From assembly GCF_963921235.1 (NCBI RefSeq), contig NC_086097.1:88600001-88664000 (forward strand): 64,000 nt of DNA, written 5' to 3'. A program made the position numbers and the translations under genes. Position 1 is the first letter of the stretch. Each line of letters opens with the position of its first letter. The notes under the pieces are model-generated. The model saw only the letters and a program-made list of their open reading frames with translations. It was not told where the DNA came from and did not search any database. Source of the stretch: Mobula hypostoma. Taxonomy: Eukaryota. Positions 12,461 through 25,959 of this stretch are shown here, one piece after another.

Positions 12461-13319
12461 TGAAATATTGGAGAGTCATTGTGACTACAGCAGATCTCGA
12501 GATAGGGAGTGGAAAACCATGGGACAGGAAGAAAAATTATTCGTACTCATTGGATGTCTATCAGAATTGAAAGGTTCTGGATAAGACAAGAGGATGTAGC
12601 TGGATCTCCATGGTAACCCAATTAACATGCTCTCCAGTTTCTATTGATCTTTTATGATGTCTCACATTGGTTCAATGATTGAAAAGACCATCATGGTAAT
12701 CCATAGAAAGAAGCAACACTGAAACTTTCCTTTAAAACAAGGATCAGGAATGCAGAAAGAATAAATGTAAAAGAAATTAGAGAATTCAAAGGATTAATAA
12801 AATTGTAGTTCTAGTGCTGTCACAGCTCCCAACATTAAGCAAAACACTCCTGGTTAGTTGAACACCACTCTGTATACACTGAACAGCTGTTGCTTGTTTT
12901 GAAAGTGCCCAGTCCTATCAACAAATATAAGAAAAGTGCCTCTTTAAATAACAATTTACGGTGGTGTGGGTGGAAATAGGAATTAGGCAAATTATGTTTC
13001 ATTTGATATGTGCCTGCTTGGTGCCAGTGAATTTCATGTAGAATTGCCTGGTCGAACATTGCATCTGTCACAATTTCATCTAAGAATGTTGACTTTGTGT
13101 TAAATTTGAAGTTTACATATGATGTCCAAAGTACAAGATGAATGCAATCGAATCTCTTGATTTTACTCAAAATGTTTGCTATAGTTTTGAGGGAGGGCTC
13201 CAGCCCTCCTATTTCTGGAATTAGGGTCAGGAAATGGTACTGAGGCCGAAGAACAGATGATCTTGTGAAATGGCAGAGCAGGTGTGAGGGGTTGAAATCC
13301 TACTCCTGCTTCTCTTTCC

Positions 13320-15655
13320 TACAAGACCATAAAGACATAGGAGCAGAATTAGATCATGTGGTCCACTCAGTCTGCTGCACCATTCAATCATGGCTGATCC
13401 TTTCTCCCCTCCTCAGCTCCACTACCCGGCCTTCTCCCCGTAACCTTTGATGCTGTGGCCAATCAAGAACCTATCAATCTCTGCCTTAAATACACCCAAC
13501 AATCTGGCCTCCACAGCTGCCTATGGTAACAAATTCCACAAATTTGCCACCCTCTGACTCAAGAAGTTTCTCCACATCTCTGTTTTAAATGGACACCCCT
13601 CTAACCTGAGGCTGTGCCCTCTTGTCCTAGGCTCCCCCACCATGGGAAACATCCTTTCCACGTTTACTCTGTCTAGGCCATTTAATATTTGAAAGTTTTC
13701 AATGAGAACCCCCCTCATCCTTCTAGTACAGGTCCAGAGCCATCAAGCGTTCCTCTTATGATAACCCTTTCATACCCAGAATCTTGTGAACATCCTCTGA
13801 ACCCTCTCCAATGTCAACATAATCTTTTCTTAGATAAGAATTTCAAAACTGTTCACAATACTCAAGGTGAGGCCTCGTCATTGCCTTATAAAGCTTCAGC
13901 ATCACATCCCTGCTCTTGTATTCTAGACCTCTTGAATGAAAACATTGCATTTGCCTTCCTCACCACTGACTCAACCTGTAAATTAACCTTAAGGGTGTTC
14001 TGCACAAGTTCTCCCAAGTCCCTTTTTCAGATTTTTGGATTGTCTGCCTGTTCAGAAAATGGTCTGCACGTTTATTTCTTCTACCAAAGTGCATGACCAT
14101 GCATTTTCCAACATTGTATTTCATTTGTCACTCTCTGCCTCCTACTAAAGAGCCAATGCTCTAACCATGCTAGTATCTTTCCTGTAATACCATGGGCTCT
14201 TAACTTGGTAAGCAGCCTCATGTGTGGTATGTATGCCTACTGAAAGTCCAAATATACAACATCCACTGCGTCCCCTTTATCTATCCTACTTGTAATCTCC
14301 TCAAAAAATTCCAACAGGTTTGTCAGGCGAGATTTTCCCTTATGAAACCATGCTGACTTTGACCTATCTCGTCCTGTGTCACCAAGTACACCATAATTTC
14401 ATGCTTAACAATTAACTCCAATATCTTCCCAACCACTGAGGTCAGGCTAACTGGTCTATAATTTCCTTTCTGCTGCCTTCCTCTTTTCTGAGAGAGCAGA
14501 GTGGCACTTGCAATTTTCCAGTCCTCTGGCACCATGACAGAGCCCAGTGATTTTTGAAAGATCATTATTAATGCCCCCACAATCTCTTCCACTACCTCTT
14601 TCAGAACCCTAGTTCATCTGGTCTGGGAGACTTATGTACTGTTAGGTCTTTCAGCTTTTTGAGCACCATCTCCCTTGTAATAGTAATTGCACTCACTTCT
14701 CTTCCCTCACATCCTTCAACATCTGGCTCATTGTTACTGTCTTCCACGGTGAAGACTGATGCAAAATATTCATTAAGTTCATCTGTCATCACCTTGTCCC
14801 CCATTATTATTTCTCTGGTTTCATTTTCTAGCAGTCCTATATCCACTCTCATCTCTCTTTTATTTTTTATGTACTTGAAAAAGCTTTTACTATCCACTTT
14901 GATATTGTTTGCTAGCTTGCTTTAATATTTCATCTTTTCCTTCCTAATGATTCTTTTAGTTGCTCTCTGTAGGTTTTTAAAAACTTCCTAACCCTTTATC
15001 TTCCTGCTAATTTTTGCTTTGTTCTATGCCTTCTCTTTTGCTTTTACATTAGCTTTCACTTCCCCTGTCAGATACAGTTGTACTATTTTGCCATTTGATT
15101 ATTTCTTGTTTTTGGAATACATCCATCCTGCACCTTCCTCATTTTTCTCAGAAACTCGCACCATCGCTGCTCTGCTGTCATCCCTGCCAGCAGCTCCTTC
15201 CAATTTACTTTGGCCAACTCCTCTCTCATACCACCGTTATTTCCTTCCCTCCACTGAAATACTGCTACATCAGACTTTACTTTCTTCCTGTCAAATTTCA
15301 AGTTGAACTTAATCATATTGTGATCACTACCTCCTAAGGGTTCTTTTACCTTAAGCTCCCCGATCACCTCTGGTTCATTACATAACACCCCATCCAGTAT
15401 AGCTGATCCCCAAATAGGCTCAACGACAAACTGTTCTAAAAAGCTGTCTCGTAGGCTTTCAACAAACTCACTCTCTTGAAATCCATTACTAATCTGATTT
15501 TCCCAATTCACCTGCAAGTTGAAATCTCCAATGACTATCATAACGCTGCCCTTTTGACATGCCTTTTCTATTTCTTGTTGTAAACTGTGGTACACATCCC
15601 AGCTACTGTTGGGTGGCCTGTATATAACTGCCACCAGGGTCCTTTTACCTTTATG
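13320..15655 (-). mobile_element. CR1 LINE, truncated and internally deleted ORF2
   Basis: ORF fragments VIYRPPNS..IGDFN..SDHN (APE), NYRPVSLTSVVGK, RTRGHSLRL..FLSQRVANLWN; same family as 436-3620. Confidence 0.95.
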
Positions 15656-15682
15656 TCCCATATATACTACAGCTATAACTGG

Positions 15683-16517
15683 TAATTGGTTAATTATTGT
15701 CACACGTACTGAGATACTGTGAAAAGCTGGGTTTGCATGCCATCCAGACAGTCATTCCATGCATCAGTGCATTCAGGTGGGACAAAAGCAAGGCAATAAC
15801 AGAAAGCAAAATACGAGGGGTGATTGATAAGTTTGTGGCCTAAGGTAGAAGGCATCAGTTTTAGAAAACCTAGCAGATTTATTTTTCAACATAGTCCCCT
15901 CCTACATTTACACACTTAGAAGGAGATGAGTAATTAACTTCAAACTTTCTGCATAATCACTCAAAGATTTGAACAGCACGTGCATGTAACGAGAGCTGTG
16001 TAACTCATCTCCTTACCTTAGGCCACGAATTTATCAATCACCCCTGCTGTGGACCACTTTCTGGAGGTCAAAAACGCCGACTCTACAAAAAAAGAATCCA
16101 TATACTCCACGACCGCTGGACTAAGTGTGTAAATGTGGGAGGGGACTATGTTGAAGAATAAATGTGCTACGTTTACTAAAATTGATGCCTTCAACCTTAG
16201 GCCACAAACTTATCAATCACCCCTTGTATAGTGCTACAGTTATGGAGAAAGTGCAGTGCAGGCCAGCAATAAGGTGCAATGGCCATGGCGAAATAGATCT
16301 TGAAATCAAGCTTTCATTGTCGTATGAGAGGTCAGTTCAGGAGTCTTATGGCTGTGGGATAAAAGCTGTCCTTGAGCCTGCCCTCAAGCTTTCGTAACTT
16401 CTGTCCAATGGAAAGTGAGAGAATGACCAGTTTGGGAAGGGTTTTTCGTTTACGTCGATTGCCTTCTTGAGGTAGCTGGAAATGCAGAGCTCTTGAAGGA
16501 GAGGCTGGTTTTCATGA
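15683..16517 (-). mobile_element. Rex/Babar-type 3' remnant hosting a mariner MITE and a CR1; resumes at ~18250-18285
   Basis: attattgtcacacgtactgagatac tail; gaggctggttttcatga appears to continue as tggttgggctatgtccacaactctctgcag beyond the CR1 insertion. Confidence 0.55.
15814..16226. mobile_element. Tc1/mariner-derived MITE
   Basis: TIRs cgaggggtgattgataagtttgtggcctaaggt / accttaggccacaaacttatcaatcaccccttg; TA TSD at 15812-13 and 16227-28; transposase C-terminal remnant HDRWTKCVNVGGDYVEE* at ~16108-16161. Confidence 0.9.
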
Positions 16518-16519
16518 CA

Positions 16520-18245
16520 CATAAGACTATAAGACCAGAAGATATAGGAGCAGAGGTAGGCATTTCGCTCATCAAGTCTGCTCCGCCGTTCAATCATGGG
16601 CTGATCCAATTCTTCCAGTCATCCCCACTCCCCTGCCTTCACCCCATTTCCTTTGATGCCCTGGCTAATCAAGAACCTATCTATCTCTGCCTTAAATACA
16701 CCCAATGATTTGGCCTCCACAGCCGCTCGTGGCAACAAATTCTACAGATTTACCACCCTCTGACTAAAATAATTTCTCCGCATCTCAATTCTAAAAGGAG
16801 GTCCTTCAATCCTGAAGTCGTGCCCTCTTGTCCTGGAATCCTCTACCATGGGAAATAACTTTGCCATATCGAATCTGTTCAGGCTCTTTAACATTCGGAA
16901 TGTTTCTATATGGTCCCCCTCATTCTCATGAACTCCAGGGAATACAGCCCAAGAGCTGCCAGACGTTCTTCATATGGTAACCCTTTCATTCCTGGAATCA
17001 TTCTTGTGAATCTTCTCTGAACCCTGTCCGAACCCTCTCCAATGTCAGTATATCCTTTCTAAAATAAGGAGCCCAAAACTGCACACAATACTCCAAGTGT
17101 GGTCTCACGAGTGCCTTATAGAGCCTCAACATCGCATCCCTGCTGTTATATTCTATACCTCTAGAAATGATTACCAACATTGCATTCGCCTTCTTCACAA
17201 CCGACTCAACCTGGAGATTAATCTTTAGGGTGTCCTGCACAAAGATTCCCAAGTCCCTTTGCATCTCTGGATTTTGAATTCTCTCCCCATCTAAATAATA
17301 GTCTGTCCATTTATTTCTTCCACCAAAGTGCATGACCATACGCTTTCCAACATTGTATTTCATTTACCACTTCTTTGCCCATTCCCTTAAGTCTCTCTGC
17401 AGGCTCTCTGTTTCCTCAACACTACCCGCTCCTCCATCTATCTTTGTATGATCGGCAAATTTAGCCACAAATCCATTAACAACATAGTCCAAATTATTTA
17501 CATACATCGTAAAAAGCAGTGGTCCCAACACTGACCCCTGTGGAACTCCACTGGTAACCGGCAGCCAGCCAGAGTTGGATCCCTTTATTCCCACTCTCTG
17601 TTTTCTGATGACCAGCCAATGCTCCACCCATGCTAGTAGCTTCCCTGTAATTCCATAGGCACTTATCTTGCTAAGCAGCCTCATGTGTGGCACCTTGTCA
17701 AAGGCCTTCTGAAAACCCAAGTACACCACATCTAACTCCTGCAGCGTCGGGGTGACTATCTCCCTATAGCTCCTCTCTATCTCCTGTTCACTCTCCCTAA
17801 TAAGCCGTCATCAAGCCGCAGCTTCAGATCCCTAACACGGTCTCTCAGGAGCTGCATCTGGGTGCACCTGGCGCAGATGTGGCCATCTGGGAGACTGGAA
17901 GATTCCCAGGATTCCCACATCCGACACCCAGAGTAAAATACTAACCCTACCGACATGCTCTCTGTTCCTCAAAAAAATGCAAAGAAAAACCAAAAACAAA
18001 GTCCATCTACCCACTTACCTTGTCAGAGCCCGCTTTCGCCGAAGCCTGAATGAGCCAAAGCCTGTCACTTCTACTCTCGCTACTGGCCTACTCCCGACAA
18101 TGGCTGCTCCGCTTATCCCATCTGTACTTTTATTTAGTTCATCGAGCTCAGTTGCCGCTGCTGATAAGCCCTGCACAATGCACTAACGACCGCGAAGCTC
18201 TTGTTTTAAATAACCGCCTCTGACCTGCGAGAAGCTCTCCTTCGT
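16520..18245 (-). mobile_element. CR1 LINE with 5' UTR and ORF1 N-terminus joined directly to the ORF2 RT C-half (large internal deletion)
   Basis: ORF1 from ATG 17956: MSVGLVFYSGCRMWE..HICARCTQMQLLRDRVRDLKLRLDD (zinc finger/leucine zipper). Junction ~17735 leads to [32 protein letters not shown]; tail tcttatagtcttatg. Confidence 0.9.
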
Positions 18246-18699
18246 CGTACTGGTTGGGCTATGTCCACAACTCTCTGCAGTCTTGGGTCACTACTTTCAC
18301 GTTCCAGCATTTTAACCTATTCCCTATCCAATCCAATTGCTATGTCCATTTCTATGCTTTCTCATGTTGAGATGCATAATGGTCTAAATTTTGCCAATCT
18401 TTGCCTCGCCGTACCTCACCAGGATTGCCAATGTCAATGACTGGTCTGGTATTCCTTTCCTCACCAACATTAACTTCCTGATCTGTATACAGTTGACTGA
18501 AATAGATCCACAGAACCATTTTGTCCATTGGAAAATCGAAACCAGTCTGTGGGAAAATCTGAGCAGTACGAAACAGGCCCTGTAATTTTCATACATCTTT
18601 TCAATTAGGTTTGGTGTTCTTGCTTGTGTCTTCAAAGTTGATGGTTCTTTATGTTAGTTGGATTTTTAACCAGAAGTATCCCTAATATCTGGAGTGCTT

Positions 18700-18915
18700 A
18701 ATGTTCAAAAATCAAAGTAAATATATTATTAAAGTGCATATATGTCACCATATACAACTCTGAGACTCATTTTCTTTTCAGCTTACTCAATAACTCCAAT
18801 AACCATAACAGAATCAATGAAACACCTCATCCAGCAGGGCAGAGATCCAGTGTGCAAAAGTCAACAAACTTTGCAAATACAAACAAAAATAATAATAAGT
18901 AAATAAGCGATAAAT
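18700..18915 (-). mobile_element. 3' end of a Rex-associated non-coding retroposon
   Basis: caaagtaaatatattattaaagtgcatatatgtcaccatatacaac...gtgtgcaaaagtcaacaaac shared with 22825-23210. Confidence 0.65.
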
Positions 18916-18929
18916 GAGATGGGATTTCT

Positions 18930-19447
18930 GGTTAAGATGGTGCTACTGATCATGTGCAACAGCTTCCTGGTAGTAAAAAAAAGGCTAGCAATCTGTCTAG
19001 AAAACACCACTAAAAGTATATTTTAGGAGGTAAACTGTGTTAAATTATCACTGCAAACAGTGAAAGAATGAGCAATACTGAGGTGAGTTCAGGGGCTGAA
19101 TCATTGCAGATGGAGTTCCAATGCCCTTATAGCTGGCCTGGGAGTGAGGCTGGATCACTCTGGGCCCTGTAAGGAGAAGTCATGGCCTGGGCACTGATTT
19201 CAATGCTTGTACAGATGGCCCGCGTGGGAGGCTGGATCACTCTGGATGCCAAGCCGGTATGAAGAGCTTGAGAGCAGCTACGGGCTGGGCGATGAAATCC
19301 GGACCGGAGCGAGTTGCTGAGCAGCATGGTCTAGGCCCAGGACCTTTCACAGCAGCAGTGACTGGGAGTTAGTGAGAGGTGCAATGCACTGTTTAAACAA
19401 TTTAAATGGCGGCCCAGATTGGAGGCAAGAGCCGATTTCGCTGGCTC
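18930..19447 (+). mobile_element. 5' part of an AAGATGG-headed non-coding retroposon
   Basis: Starts ggttaagatggtgct, like 25960 and the minus-strand start at 32545. Confidence 0.45.
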
Positions 19448-20970
19448 TCACCTCTTATCATAAGGTGAAATCAAGCAACATGGCTTTGCTTCCTGGTGAC
19501 CTCAATGCCTTCTATGCTCGCTTTGACCATCAAAACATGGAGGAAGCTTCAAAAACTCCCACAATCCCTGATGATCCTGTGATTTAGTTTCTGGAGCTAA
19601 CATGAGAGCTTCCTTCAGGAGGGTAAACCCACAGAAAGTATCCAGACCAGAGGGGATGCCCAGGCGAGTACTAAACACCTGTGCTGATCAACTGGCTAGA
19701 GTGTTCACTGAGATTTGTAAACTCCTGCTTCAGCAGTCTGAGGTACCACCAGCTTCAAGCTTCAATTGCACCGGTGCTGATGAAGAATGTGGTAACCTGT
19801 CTCAATGACTATTGTCCAGTAGCACTTACAATCACAATGATGAAGTGCTTTGAGAGTTTGTGATGAAACATAGCAAGTTCTGGCCTGAGAAGCGACTCGA
19901 ATCTGCTCCAGTTTGCCTACCGGTGCAACAAATCCACAGCAGATGGCATTTCATTGGCTCTGCACACAACCCTGGAACATCTGGACTGTGAAAATGCATA
20001 CATCAGGATGCCCTTCATTGACTTCAGCTCGACATTAAATACTTTCATCCCCACAAAAGAATTTGGCCTCAGTACTGCTTTGTGCACTTGCGTCCTTGAT
20101 TTCCTCACTTGCAAACCCAGTCAGTCTGGATTGGCAACAACATCTCTTCCACAATCTCCATCGGCACAGGTGATTAGCCCCCTGCTCTACTCACTTTACA
20201 CTTATGAAAATGTGGTTCAGCATAGCTCCAATGCTATATTGAAGTTTGCTGATGACATCACTGTCATTGGCCAAACCAAAAGTGATGACGAATCAGCATA
20301 TAGGAGGGAGATTGAAAATTTGGCTAAGTGGTGCCATAACAATAACCTCTTACTCAATGTTAAAAGACCAAGGAGCTGATTTTTGAATTCAGGAGTAGGA
20401 AAATGAAGCTCCATGAGCCAGTGCACATTGGGGGTATCAGAAGTGGAGGGGTCAGCAACTTTAAATTCCTCAGTGTTATCAATTCAGAGGACCTGTCCTG
20501 GGCCCAGCACTTAAGTGCAAATACAAAGAAAGCATGGCAGCACCTCTACTTCCTTAGGAGTTTGCAAAGATTTGGCGTGACACCAAAATCTTTAACAAAC
20601 TTCTATAGATGTGTGGTGGAGTGTATACTTTCTGGTTTACCCTCCTGAAGCATGCTCTCATGTTGGCTCCAGAAACTAAAATCACAGGATCATCAGGGAT
20701 TGTGGGAGTTTTTGAAGCTTCCTCCATGTTTTGATGGTCAAAGCAAGCATAGAAGGCATTGAGGTCACCTGGAAGCAAAGCCATGCTGCTTGATTTCACC
20801 TTATGATAAGAGGTGATAGCATTCAAGCCCTGCCACAGCTGTCAAGCTTCCTTCTTTGGTTGAACTTTAGTTTGGAATTGCCACTTCACCTGTGAAATGG
20901 CCTTGTATCACTTGTAACTTTCATGGTCACCAGATTTGAATGCCTCTGATCTGGCCCTCAGCAGATTGCA
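19448..20970 (+). mobile_element. Rex1/Babar LINE RT pseudogene, rearranged (plus-strand body 19448-20633, minus-strand segment 20634-20970)
   Basis: DLNAFYARFD, CLNDYCPVALT, FIDFSS, SPLLYSLYT, ILKFADD, NFKFLSV, LYFLRSL. Confidence 0.9.
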
Positions 20971-22824
20971 TCTAAAAGAGTGACAGTAGGGTAGTATGCC
21001 TGAATTATGTCAAATTGTATGTAATATGGCTGCAATAAAGTTATTTCACATCTAGATGGAATGGATTGTGTGATCCATTGTGCCATATGTGTCCCACCTC
21101 CTTGGTCAGAGAGAACCATTCTGCTCCTTGCCCATAGTTACATACCCATAACATGCTGCACCCTTCACAAAGAAGGGTCCCCTGGTACAGGGAAACTGAA
21201 ACATACACACCAAGCTTATTAAAATTAGTAATCAAGTTCACTGAATATAAAGCCGAATTTATAGGTTACACCTGAAGTTTAAATGCTTTGTTAATTTTCT
21301 GTAAATAACACTATTTTGTTAGTTTAGATACAGTCATGTTCTTTGGATATAAATAGATTGCGGTTGACACTTATAAGACTTTGTGAGTCACATTGCTTTT
21401 GTATTGATGACGAATTCAGAGGCTACATCTTCTGGGGTCATAAGATATTTTGACAGACTTACACTTGTAAAACGGAAGAGCTTAATTAGATATTCTGAAA
21501 GCTACAAAGCAAGCAAGTAGTGAGAAATATTTTACTGTGAGATGCTTAAATTCTGTAACCTTTGGATAGCTTTTAAAGATAATTGAAAATTGAAAAGCCA
21601 TTGACATGATTACTTGCACCTTTACTTTTAGAGACTGTTTGGCAATGTAAAGAGAGACTTAGGTTTCTTTTGCCACACATCTCAAAGTCATTTTAAGTAA
21701 GTGAGGTATCTTTGAAGTGTAACCACTGCTGAGTCATGGCTGCCAAGCTTGTGCCTAGCAGGCTGCTAATGACTGCAATGTGATCAGATGTGGATAGGGA
21801 CCCAGAATTTTTATGTCAGACTCCAATGCACTGTTCCAGAAAGATGCTAACGCGCTTCTGGGTTCTCTTTGTGAATGGTGTGGCAGGGATGAATGGACGT
21901 GACCAATGAAATCTGACATTCGGATGGCACTTTGGCAAGATACAGTTGTGTGAGTTTGGGCTGTGGATGAGTGGTTATCTTTGCTGAAGAAGACTATTAC
22001 TGCAAAGCTTAAGCCTTCTTCATCTACTGGTGCTGAAGTTGACATGCAGGATTATGACTGCATCTGGCACATGAATCCAGCTGCACCTGGGTTACTTTTA
22101 AGTAATCTGCTTATTTTCACCGGAGGTTCCTTTGGTTCCCCTATCTCTGGATGCCATGTACTGCTAATCACTACAACCTCCTAGCCTCAGCCCACCACCC
22201 ACACATGCCAAGATCACAACCTGGACCTGTTCATCACCTCAGTCAATATACTCGCAACTGACTGCAAATCTTCGGAGTCTTGGTGCCCTCTACATAAGGT
22301 CTTGTCTCTCGTCTCTCTTTCCATTTGAACCCACAATCCTGCAACACAAGAAAAGGCCTTCGCGCACAAGGAGTGTGCAAGTCCCATTCTGATTTGCACA
22401 ACAACCTGGATCTTGCAAGCAATAAAATTTTGCAGTGGGGACGCTAGCACTGGCTTTCTCCAGATTAGAATATTGCACTGGGTTCCCATTATAAACTGTT
22501 CTAGTCCATATAGTATGCCAGTCCCAACTTAGAATAATTTTCAAGCAATTTAATTTAATAGTACTGATTCCACGATAAATATTGTCAAGGTGTCTGATCA
22601 TAATGCTTCATAGAGGTACCATGAGATCTTCCATCACAACCTGAAGAGCATATGGGTCTCAGGTAGAATAGAACCCCAGTCACGCTCAGGACTTTGGTGA
22701 TGTTAAGCAGACAGATTTTCTGAGCTATTGGATATTACTCTCACTGGTATCTCAATACATTCTTAATTCATTTTATTTTAGATGTTGCAAAATATTGTAA
22801 TATATATTCCAGTAAAGCCCATGA

Positions 22825-23210
22825 AGTAAATTTATTACCAAATGACATACATGTCATATACAATCATTTTCTTGTGGGTATTCTCAATAAATTCATAATA
22901 GAATAATAACCATAATAGAATCAATGAAAGACTGCACCAACTTAGGATTTCAACCAGTGTGCAAAAGACAACAAACTGTGCAAATACATTAAAGAAAGAA
23001 ATAATAATAATAAATAAATTAGCAATAAATCTGGGGACCATGAGACGAACAGTCCTTGAAAGTGAGTCCATAGGTTGTGGGAACATTTCACTTGATGGAG
23101 CGAATGAAGATGAGTGAAGTTATCCGGTTTGGTTCAGGAGCCCGATGGTTGAGGGGTAATGACTGTTCCTGAACCTAGTCATGTGAGTCCTGAGGCTCCT
23201 GTACCTTCTT
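22825..23210 (-). mobile_element. Rex-type 3' end fragment
   Basis: gaagtaaatttattaccaaatgacatacatgtc...ttcaggagcccgatggttgaggggtaatgactgttcctgaacct. Confidence 0.7.
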
Positions 23211-23929
23211 TTAAGAGTTTAGAAAAAATGCAGAAAATGAGGTGCCATAAAGTTAAAGGGGGTGCTGGAGATGGAGCTTCAGTGAATTCAAATAGAAATG
23301 GGGCACCAGTGAGTAATATTCTTCCAAAAGGCTCATTAACTCATAAAGTCATACAGCAAGAAAACAGGCCTTTCAGCCCAGCTCTTCCACGCCAACCAAG
23401 AAGTCTGTCTGAGCTAATCCTAGTTGCCTGTCTTTGGCCTGCATGGTTCAAAGGGTGCACAAGAAACAGCAGCTGGTGAGCATGGTGCCAAACCATAGCG
23501 AGTTATTGGAGCTGGTCTGATTGACAGCATCTTCCTCAACACAGGTGCTGCAGTGGAAGTCAGCTTGGACTTCTGTCTCTAGTGGCCTTTTGATATGTCA
23601 AAGTTACAATGTGAATGGAAGTTGTTATTGTTATTGTTTGAGTCAATCACTCTGAATGCTGATGCACAGGAACATGAACTAAATTTTGCCGCGTGTTGTA
23701 TTGTCAGGAAATAAAATAGTCATGACCGCCCTAAAGGGAAAATAATGATCGACTCCTCACAAAGCAGTCCTACCTCTGAGTCAGAGGACTCAAAGCCCCA
23801 CGCGATCTGTCAATGAGATAGAGAAGAAAGAATTAGCAGCAATGTGTCCAGGGCAACAAAAAGCAAAGAACTATTTACAAAAGATGAAGAAACAACTTCA
23901 TATCTCTTGATGAGTCCTATGAGTCACTT

Positions 23930-24032
23930 GAATCCTGATGAAGGGTCTTGGCTCTCATGTTGACTGCTAATTCCTCTCCTTAGATGCGGTCTGACATGAT
24001 AAGTTCCTCCATCATTTTGTATGTGTTGCTTC
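23930..24032 (+). mobile_element. Degraded PLE terminal repeat (decayed hammerhead)
   Basis: tcctgatgaagggtcttggctctcatgttgactg...gttcctccatcattttgtatgtgttgct; GAAA core lost. Confidence 0.7.
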
Positions 24033-24957
24033 AAATTATATATGCCTACCTGTGTGCCCCTGCATACATGTACGTGTCCAAATGACAATAATAAATCAGA
24101 CAATGAACTATGAACACTACCTCATTACACGTTTACACTATTTATTTAGTAATCTTATGTCTTTGCACAGTGCTGCTGCCATTCAACAACAAGTTTCACC
24201 GCATATAAGACAGTGATAATAAAATTGATTTCTGATTTGGAAACCTGACAGCACCTTGCTTACGTGCTGGATTAGATGTAATATGGCCCACACTGACACC
24301 CAGTGGTCAGAGATTGTAGCTACATGCAAAAGCCTCCATGAATTTCAAACATAATAGGTGTTTTCAAGTTTTGTAATGTTTAACACTGGGAAATTTATTG
24401 TGCCACTTTCTGCAATAGTGGGAGGCAACTAAATACCTATAATTTTAATTTGGCTTTTCTTTCATAGATGGAGTCTTCAGTCCATTTCAAGTTAGAACAT
24501 ATGAGGACTCAGCTACTTTCAAAAGTACATTGATGTTTTGAGAAACTCTTTTGCTACTTGAATTAGAATCATGTTTAATATAATTGAATTACATCATGAC
24601 ATTAGTTGTGTGGCAGTAGTACAGCACAATACCTAAAAATTACAAAAAAAAGGTGCAAAAGAGGCTTAATATCCACAGACTTTCATGTGTCTAACTGGGA
24701 GGCTGTAGCACAGCTGTGATTCTTCATGCAAGCTGTACCGAGGCACCACTCTTCCTTGTTCAAAATGGGCGAGTGAATGCTGGTGAAGTGTTAGCCTGAA
24801 ACTTCGTTCACCTCATGCTAATGTACCCAGAGTGAACTGGAGGTATGGATCAGGAGACCAGTGGTAAAGTGTGCAGGGGTTCTGAGGCCATTTCAAGAGA
24901 CAGAAATCCTTGATCAATTAAAATAATAATAATCTGCAGTTAATGTAAATCTGCAGT

Positions 24958-25136
24958 AAAAACTGAAAATGTTGTATACACTCAGCAGGCCAGGCAGTCA
25001 GTATCTGATGAAAGAACAGCAGTAAACTGTAAAGCAGCAGGTTGAAGAGTCTTTGCCAATCTGGACGTGAAATGTTAACTCTCTTACCACAGATGCCATC
25101 TGACCTGCTGACAGTTTCCAGCATTTTCTGTTTTTA
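24958..25136. repeat. Ancient palindromic element related to the PLE terminal repeat
   Basis: aaaaactgaaaatgttg..ctcagcaggccaggcag..atctg is inverted relative to cagatgccatctgacctgctga..ccagcattttctgttttt; gtgaaatgttaac remnant. Confidence 0.65.
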
Positions 25137-25959
25137 ATTTAGAAATCCTTTGCCATTGAGTTTAGCTGAGACCAGATCAGGGTTTGTCTTTATTCAGAAC
25201 AGTCTGAAAATTTCTGCTTCCTCGTCCACTCATTCACAGCCTGATGGGTCGATAGTCATTCTCAGAGTTCAGATTCTTGATTATTGATGAATAGTCACGG
25301 AGTTGTACAGGGTGAAAAAAAAGGCTGTCCACCCCACCATGTCCACACCAGACATTGCACCCATCTAGACTAACACCATTCACCTGTCAATCCATATCAA
25401 TCCATGACTTGACAGTCCAACTACTTGTCCAGATGTATCTTAAATGTGGCAGTACCCGTATCCACCACTTTCCCAGAGAACATATTCCAGATTCCAACCA
25501 CTCTCTGTGGGAAATAATTTCTATTCAGATACACTCTGAGCCTCTCATTTTTCATCTTAAATTTATGCTAAATCGATCAAATGGATAGAGATTAATTTGA
25601 CAGTCCAGGGACAGAAGCCACCAATTTGAACAATTAGTCATCTGTTAAAAACAAATACAGAATCCCATTTGGTCAGAACTTACATCATCAGCTTCTTGTC
25701 AGAGTAGAATTGGAACAATGGCTTAATTTAACTTAAGTTAAGCTTAACTTAATCTAGCCTAACTTAAGGCATCAGTGCATCAGATGGAAGATTTGTATTT
25801 TTATTGTGCTCTTACCAATAATGTCTTTGAGATTGTGGTAGGGCTTATGATGGGCAGGGAGCTTAACTACTAATGATGCAGTTCTGATGCGTGCTCCTGT
25901 GTGATTGGCTGAAGTAGGCATTGTTTCACTGAGCACTCATAGAGGAAATTATGTTGCGG

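Noticed and set aside
24450..24530. Possible host exon after ttttctttcatag
   Set aside because: Plausible acceptor but no good donor and no recognisable peptide
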